Shown here: positions 32,094-37,553 of the stretch, one piece after another
Numbering within the stretch: the first letter of the stretch is position 1
Layout of the letters: each line of letters begins with the position of its first letter
Source of the DNA: a virus
Direction: 5' to 3' (one strand)
IMG/VR virus record: IMGVR_UViG_3300022401_000010
DNA: 37,553 bases
Position numbers and translations under genes: made by a program
Notes under the pieces: generated by a model
What the model was told of the DNA's origin: nothing
Seen by the model: only the letters and a program-made list of their open reading frames with translations
The model's database searches: none

Positions 32094-32636
32094 ATGACAA
32101 ATGATAAATTTGATGAATTGATTCAAAAGCAAGTGCAGCGTGAAAACAAAATGAAGCAGGTACGTGAAGATTATCTGAATGAAATGAATGAACTTCCTAA
32201 AAAACAAATAACAGTTAAATTATTTCCCAATACACATAAGACATTAAAAATAATCGCTACTGCAAAAGATACAACATTAGAAACAATTGCAACTTCAATA
32301 TTAGAAGAGAGGATTGAAGGATTGGATATTGTCGAATATGTTAAAGAATCATTTGAGAATAATGATGGCTTTGATTGGTTAAAACAGACTGATATTGATA
32401 ATACTGCTTATGACATTAACGATAAGCTATTGGATAAAGGAAATCCAAGAAAAAGAATTAATGTTAAAGTAGATCCAGATACTCACAAAAAATTAAGGAT
32501 AGTGTCAGCTATTCAGGATAGATCACTAAATAAAATCGTGGGTTCCATTATTGAATACGAGATTGGAGAAATAAATAATATTGACGCATCCAAATTAATG
32601 GATGAGATACTAGAATCAATACAAGATAAAGAATAG
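32094..32636 (+). CDS. Tandem ribbon-helix-helix protein
   Basis: KQITVKLFPNTHKTLKIIA and KRINVKVDPDTHKKLRIVS repeats; ATG 32094 after GGTG. Confidence 0.75.
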   Translation: MTNDKFDELIQKQVQRENKMKQVREDYLNEMNELPKKQITVKLFPNTHKTLKIIATAKDTTLETIATSILEERIEGLDIVEYVKESFENNDGFDWLKQTDIDNTAYDINDKLLDKGNPRKRINVKVDPDTHKKLRIVSAIQDRSLNKIVGSIIEYEIGEINNIDASKLMDEILESIQDKE

Positions 32637-32667
32637 CTAACGTTAATGTTAGTGTTGGGCTTGGAGA

Positions 32668-33789
32668 TTAGATTAACTTAACTTCTTCCTTCGGAACATA
32701 CTCTATTGTATCCGTTGGTTCTTTTTCCACCTCTATTTCTTCAAGTTCAACAGGTTCTTTATCTTTAACGATAGTGTTATGTTTGCCATTGAAGAAAGTG
32801 TTAATCCTTGTTAATGACTTTGTATCTCCTAACAAGTGATTATAATCCTTAGCTAGTTCGTTATACTTTAACTTATAGCTATTGAGCTCTTGAGTGTAAG
32901 CCAGTAACATTTGCGCTTTTTCTTCAGTGTGCTTAAGTTCCATATCTGATTTTTGATTGGTAAGCTTAAGGTCAACTTCAGCAGTTAATTTATTTAATTC
33001 AGCTTCAGCATCATTTATTTTTTCCTGCAATTCCTGAAGTGCAGCGTAATGTTCTTTAGGTGGAACATACTCTTTAAAGCCGGAAAAAGATTCTACTTTT
33101 TTAGTTAATTCATCTATATGTGATTGTTGTTTTTTAATAGTTTCTTTCAATTCTTTTTCTCTTGTTTCAAAATTAGATTGGAGTTCTCTTTTTGTTTCCT
33201 CATAATTTTTATTTAAGCCGATAATATTTTCATTGAGGAGTTTATTGGTTTCGTTAATGTGATCGTTAGCAGTTTTCAATTGCTCATTGTCTTTAATCAA
33301 CTCTTCATTTCTAGCTACTACGCCATCAGATGTTTCAATCATATTTTCATATGCATTCTGCCAATATTGATGTTGACCACGTTCTGATTCCAAATCTTCT
33401 TTTAATTGTTCGATTTCATCTTTATCGTGGACTTTAGGTTGGCTTTTATTTGATTCAAGTTCTTTTCCAAGTGAATCAACTCTATCCTTTAGAGTATTTA
33501 TCATTTCATCTTTTTCCTGAATCTGTTTTTCCAAATCTTCAGCGTTACTGTCGGATGAGCTATTGAGTATTTTATTTTCAAGCTCTTTTATTCTAGACTT
33601 GTATTCATCCACTTGATCCATATCCTTGATTAAGTCAAAGTGCTGCTGTTCTGACAGGACATAGACTTTTTCACCAACACCAAATAAGCTATTGCTGAAT
33701 CCTATCCTGTTTGCATTCTTTGTATTTTTCTTGACTTCAAATTCAAGACCGAATCTTTCATCTGACTTTTTGAGTTTTTTCTCGGTCAT
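32668..33789 (-). CDS. Long coiled-coil protein with small N-terminal beta (AbrB/DUF2080-like) domain
   Basis: EVKKNTKNANRIG..GEKVYVLSE then ~270 aa of heptad-rich sequence; GGAGTG RBS before ATG 33789 (track start 33816). Confidence 0.6.
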   Translation of the reverse strand: MTEKKLKKSDERFGLEFEVKKNTKNANRIGFSNSLFGVGEKVYVLSEQQHFDLIKDMDQVDEYKSRIKELENKILNSSSDSNAEDLEKQIQEKDEMINTLKDRVDSLGKELESNKSQPKVHDKDEIEQLKEDLESERGQHQYWQNAYENMIETSDGVVARNEELIKDNEQLKTANDHINETNKLLNENIIGLNKNYEETKRELQSNFETREKELKETIKKQQSHIDELTKKVESFSGFKEYVPPKEHYAALQELQEKINDAEAELNKLTAEVDLKLTNQKSDMELKHTEEKAQMLLAYTQELNSYKLKYNELAKDYNHLLGDTKSLTRINTFFNGKHNTIVKDKEPVELEEIEVEKEPTDTIEYVPKEEVKLI

Positions 33790-33845
33790 CACATTCACTC
33801 CAATATCCTTACACATATTTTTATAATATCATATATTTTATAGTA

Positions 33846-34545
33846 TTGCAATCAATTGCAATTTTATTGCAACAATAATTGCAACAGTTGCAACTGGAAT
33901 TGCAATTCTATTTTTGAAAATTGCAACTCAAAATTATGTTGAAAATTGTTTAATTTTGAAATTTTAAAAAAAAAATAAACGATAAATGTTATTTTTCAGG
34001 GTTTATTGTTTGCTTGCAGGAATGATTAATTATTGTAATACTTGTAAGACAATACATACATTTCCTTGGTATGCCACTATAAGGTCGAAAAATGGGGGTG
34101 GTGAGTGATACAGATGTGCCGGTTGCTACTCTGCAGTTTCACAATGTAGTACAATAATTTATATACATTCGTGTAAGTATTACATATTGCAACAATTGCA
34201 ACTTTAAAATAATGAATTGCAACTTCAATTAAAATGGGGTCAAATACGGATTTTCCGACTTTTTCGATTTTGGGAATTGCAATTAATTGCAACAAAATTG
34301 CAATTCATATACCCAAAAATTGCAACTAAATTGCAATTTCTTCAAGAGGTTAAATTTGACTTTCTTAAAATTACCTTTGTTCATTTTTCTATAAGAAATA
34401 CTATAAAATATTGAACAAACTAATAATTAAAAATTGCAATTAATTGCAACTCTGATCGTGGTTTTCAGGGTGAAAATTTCAAGAGTTGCAACTGAGTTGC
34501 AATAAAGTTGCAACAAAATTGCAATAGTTGCAACTGGAATTGCAA
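33846..34545. repeat. Two blocks of phased TTGCAA palindromes (7 copies 33846-33926; 16 copies 34187-34545) around a central spacer
   Basis: Counted by eye; most neighbours are 9-12 bp apart. Confidence 0.9.
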
Positions 34546-34666
34546 CACCTATTTCGGCCATACCATATAGCATAACTAATACAAAACCTATGATTTAACA
34601 TAATAAAATAATGTAGGTAATACAACAGCAATACTGTTAGTCATATTATATAAAAATAATAATACT

Positions 34667-35497
34667 ATGATATATAAATTATATAATATGTCAAGTAATA
34701 GTATAAGCTGGACAAGTTTCTGCCAGGCTATGAACTCAATAGCATACTGGCTACTCCAGAATAAAAAACAATATAAGAAACGTGATTACTACCAAATGCT
34801 CAAACTGAAAGGTAGTTGCAAAGATATAGAGAAGCGCGCGAAAAAATTAGGTAACGATAAGCTAGTGGCAATGTATACAATGGCCGTCATTAAAGATAAC
34901 AAGTCTTTGGATTTCCTTCCCAATTATGTAACGTTAAAGAACGGAGAGGAAATCGATAAAGCGGAATACATTGACATGGCCATAAGAACTGAAAGCTACA
35001 TCAAGGCCAATAAAAGATATCCTGCAATAGTATATAGGATGTCCAAACTTCCTGACTATAAAGATACAACAATGAAGTTCTTTATCAAAACCTTCAATTA
35101 TAAAGGCAATACCATTGATGAGGCCTTAGCTATTATAGCAAACAAGAAATTATATAGTAAGTACTTTGATTCACAGAAAACTGATAAACAAACCATCAAT
35201 GATGCAAGTAAAGGTAAAGGCTCCAACTGTGTGGACTGGGGACAGGTATATTACCGTATCGCCAAAAGCTTAGGTTATGACGTGCAGTTCATCCACGTCA
35301 AGTGTCGTGTCAGCGGTACTGGCCATATCAGATTAAGGCTGAGACATAAGAAACATACAGGAGGAAACTGGATCAACCGTGACCCTGCAGCAGTAGCAGA
35401 TTCAACTTCAGGTAATGTTAGATCCATATGGTGTGAGGATGGATATGTTATAGCATACGATCCAAGTTGGATATTTACAGATTTATATTCAAGTTAA
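34667..35497 (+). CDS. Pseudomurein endoisopeptidase (PeiW/PeiP-like endolysin)
   Basis: Pseudomurein-binding repeat EYIDMAIRTESYIKANKRYP; Cys-His-Asp triad in NCVDW, GHIRL, RDPAA. Confidence 0.85.
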   Translation: MIYKLYNMSSNSISWTSFCQAMNSIAYWLLQNKKQYKKRDYYQMLKLKGSCKDIEKRAKKLGNDKLVAMYTMAVIKDNKSLDFLPNYVTLKNGEEIDKAEYIDMAIRTESYIKANKRYPAIVYRMSKLPDYKDTTMKFFIKTFNYKGNTIDEALAIIANKKLYSKYFDSQKTDKQTINDASKGKGSNCVDWGQVYYRIAKSLGYDVQFIHVKCRVSGTGHIRLRLRHKKHTGGNWINRDPAAVADSTSGNVRSIWCEDGYVIAYDPSWIFTDLYSS

Positions 35498-35507
35498 AGG
35501 TGATAAT

Positions 35508-35735
35508 ATGAATTGTGGCGAGGCAATTGAAGTTTTAAAAAAATTTCCAAAAGATAAACCGTTAATGATAATGGGATGGTACAGCATTATAGAAACAGAT
35601 GCTCCTGAAGAGATACATGAAATAGGTTATCTCAAGGAAGTGGACTTTAACACATTGGAGGTTAAAGGTGATATAAAAGACTTTGTGGCTATTGTTAGCG
35701 ATAAGTATCATGAGATAGCCAGTGAATTTCCATAA
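35508..35735 (+). CDS. Hypothetical protein
   Basis: GGTGA RBS; follows the lysin gene. Confidence 0.55.
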   Translation: MNCGEAIEVLKKFPKDKPLMIMGWYSIIETDAPEEIHEIGYLKEVDFNTLEVKGDIKDFVAIVSDKYHEIASEFP

Positions 35736-35736
35736 G

Positions 35737-35850
35737 CACTTTAACACCCGCCATCACCAATTCAAAACTTAATTTCTGAAACCCTTTCATATATATCAGG
35801 GTTTAAAATCAAAATATATTTTCCAAAACCTTGCCGTTAATGTTAAAGTG
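35737..35850 (+). repeat. ~114-bp element with 10-bp terminal inverted repeats, copy of 30718-30822
   Basis: CACTTTAACA ... TGTTAAAGTG; shared 22-bp core. Confidence 0.7.
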
Positions 35851-35987
35851 GATTCAATTAAATTAAACATGGAAAATTTACTTTTGATTAAAACATTAAT
35901 TCATTTCATTATTCGGAAGGGTAATGAAAATAGGGAAAACGAATCTGAAAAAAATAAAAAGAGAAAATAAGGAATTAAAATCCTTAT

Positions 35988-37553
35988 TTAAAGTATTCCA
36001 AGTTTTTTAGCGGTCTTTTCATCAACCTTACCGGTCACCTTAAGACCATTATCTTTTTGGAACTCCTTAAGGGATCTTTCAGTGCAACCTTTGAACTTAC
36101 CATCCACTTTCAAGTAATGGCCTTGATAAGTTAAATAGTAACCTTTATTTTTTAAAGCCCTTTGGATTTCCTTAACGGTTGCTTTATCCTTGCTTCCTTT
36201 AGATACTGTCTTGAAGGTTACAATAACCTTGATATTGGCTTTTTTAGATACCTTGTTGTAGTACTTGTTTCCTTTATAGGTTATTGTTGCCTTGAAGGTT
36301 CCTTTCTTGTTGAGTTTGGTAATCTTGAAGGTAGCCTTACCTTTACTGTTGGTAGTTGCCTTGTAGGTTTTGCCTTTGACTTTCAGGGTGACTTTTGCCT
36401 TCTTGATTGCCTTTCCAGTGTTGTCCTTTAAAACAATGGAGTATTTCTTGGTTTTAGTTGATTTCTTGAATGTTTTCTTTTTAGCAGTCAATTTAGGAGT
36501 AGCCTTCTTAACAGTAACCTTAATGTCTTTAGTTGACTTGTCATAGTTGGTATCGCCGTTGAATGTTACCTTAGCAGTGTATGCTTTAGGTGCAAGTCCT
36601 TTGGTTGATACCTTGACCTGGCCGTTCTTGTCGGTTGTGTATGTTTTGGCACCGTTTAAATCAACAGTTACTTTAACACCGCTTAAAGCTTTGCCAGTAA
36701 TGTCTTTCAATGTGATAACCAAATCCTTGTTAACATTATATGTAGTTGTTATTGCATTGCTTGTTAATTCTGTTTTAAGTTTATTAACTGTTATTGTAGC
36801 GTTTTTAGTTACGTTATTGTGATTCTTATCACCTATTGCAGTAACAGTTAAGGTATAGGTTCCTGCGTCTAAATCGGAAACGGTAATGTTGGTACCATTC
36901 ACTTTAACAACAGCTTTAGGTTGGCCAACTACAGTGGCGTTAACACCGTCAGCACCGGTGAGGGAAACAACAGTAGAACCTGAACTACTATAATCAAATA
37001 TGATATCACTGACTGTTAATGTGGAATTAACCTTATTAACAGTGATGTTTACTTCTTTAGTTACAGGGTTGTAATCATCATCAGGTATTGTTGTTACTGT
37101 TAAAGTGTAGGTTCCTGCATCTAAAACCGGAATGGAAATTACAAATCCAGTAACATTAGCTTCGCTCTCACCAATCTTAGCAGTGATTCCAGTAGCACCA
37201 GTAGTTGTCACAGTAACATTTTCGGATTCACCATAATCTAAAACAATATTATCCAATGAGATTGTTGAATTAACTTTATTAATGGTTATAGTTCCATTGT
37301 TGATAGTGACATTGTCCAGTCCAACATAGGTTGCATTTACTTGATAAACATCATATTTATCAAATTCATGTACCGCCCACCATGTACCGTTAGCACCATA
37401 GGTTGCCTCGATTTGGGTACCGTTTGGTAAGATAAATAGTAATTTACCTGGCATGACCTCACTGTAGATATTTGATTTTGCAGTGATGTTGACAGTCTTG
37501 TTAGTGGTTGTCTGGGAGGTGACATTAACATTGAATTTAGTGTTGTTTGTGAT
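35988..37553 (-). CDS. Adhesin-like surface protein (Ig-like repeats plus C-terminal peptidoglycan-binding domain), 5' end outside window
   Basis: Frame stays open to the window end (ITNNTKFNVNV..EVMPGK); Thr/Val/Lys-rich Ig-like repeats; VKEIQRAL..VDG.F..T...KEFQKDNGLKVTGKVD. Confidence 0.85.
   Translation of the reverse strand: MTNNTKFNVNVTSQTTTNKTVNITAKSNIYSEVMPGKLLFILPNGTQIEATYGANGTWWAVHEFDKYDVYQVNATYVGLDNVTINNGTITINKVNSTISLDNIVLDYGESENVTVTTTGATGITAKIGESEANVTGFVISIPVLDAGTYTLTVTTIPDDDYNPVTKEVNITVNKVNSTLTVSDIIFDYSSSGSTVVSLTGADGVNATVVGQPKAVVKVNGTNITVSDLDAGTYTLTVTAIGDKNHNNVTKNATITVNKLKTELTSNAITTTYNVNKDLVITLKDITGKALSGVKVTVDLNGAKTYTTDKNGQVKVSTKGLAPKAYTAKVTFNGDTNYDKSTKDIKVTVKKATPKLTAKKKTFKKSTKTKKYSIVLKDNTGKAIKKAKVTLKVKGKTYKATTNSKGKATFKITKLNKKGTFKATITYKGNKYYNKVSKKANIKVIVTFKTVSKGSKDKATVKEIQRALKNKGYYLTYQGHYLKVDGKFKGCTERSLKEFQKDNGLKVTGKVDEKTAKKLGIL

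Noticed and set aside
32668-33789. Tape measure protein
   Set aside because: Opposite strand, outside the structural cluster, highly charged rather than Ala/Gly-rich, and no tail tube or chaperone genes nearby.
34077-34414. ORFs 34077..34295 and 34217..34414
   Set aside because: Products mirror the TTGCAA repeats (IAI/LQL); no RBS.

Overview
AT-rich DNA that looks like a pseudomurein-walled methanogen (Methanobacteriales, Methanobrevibacter-like). This is inferred from a PeiW/PeiP-type pseudomurein endoisopeptidase and an adhesin-like protein. About 0.5-35.7 kb is a provirus-like element of the HK97/Duplodnaviria lineage: putative TerS, TerL, portal, protease-scaffold, two tandem major capsid paralogues, three capsid-decoration paralogues, collagen-like fibre genes, a glycosyltransferase, holin-like genes and an endolysin. 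I recognise no tail tube, tape measure, baseplate, integrase or replicase in the window. The head module is interrupted by host-like cargo (REP-like hairpins, an ArsR/DGC/4Fe-4S operon, TPR-HIRAN, type III R-M). The most striking signals are: (i) a fibre 'knuckle' domain that is intact inside one gene but split at the same point across two successive gene boundaries, suggesting plug-and-socket assembly of capsid-anchored fibres with alternative tips; (ii) two non-coding arrays of ~11-bp-phased hexamers (ATGGAC and TTGCAA) next to several ribbon-helix-helix genes; (iii) duplicated MCPs in an apparently tailless element. All protein family calls are by-eye motif recognition; no database searches were run.
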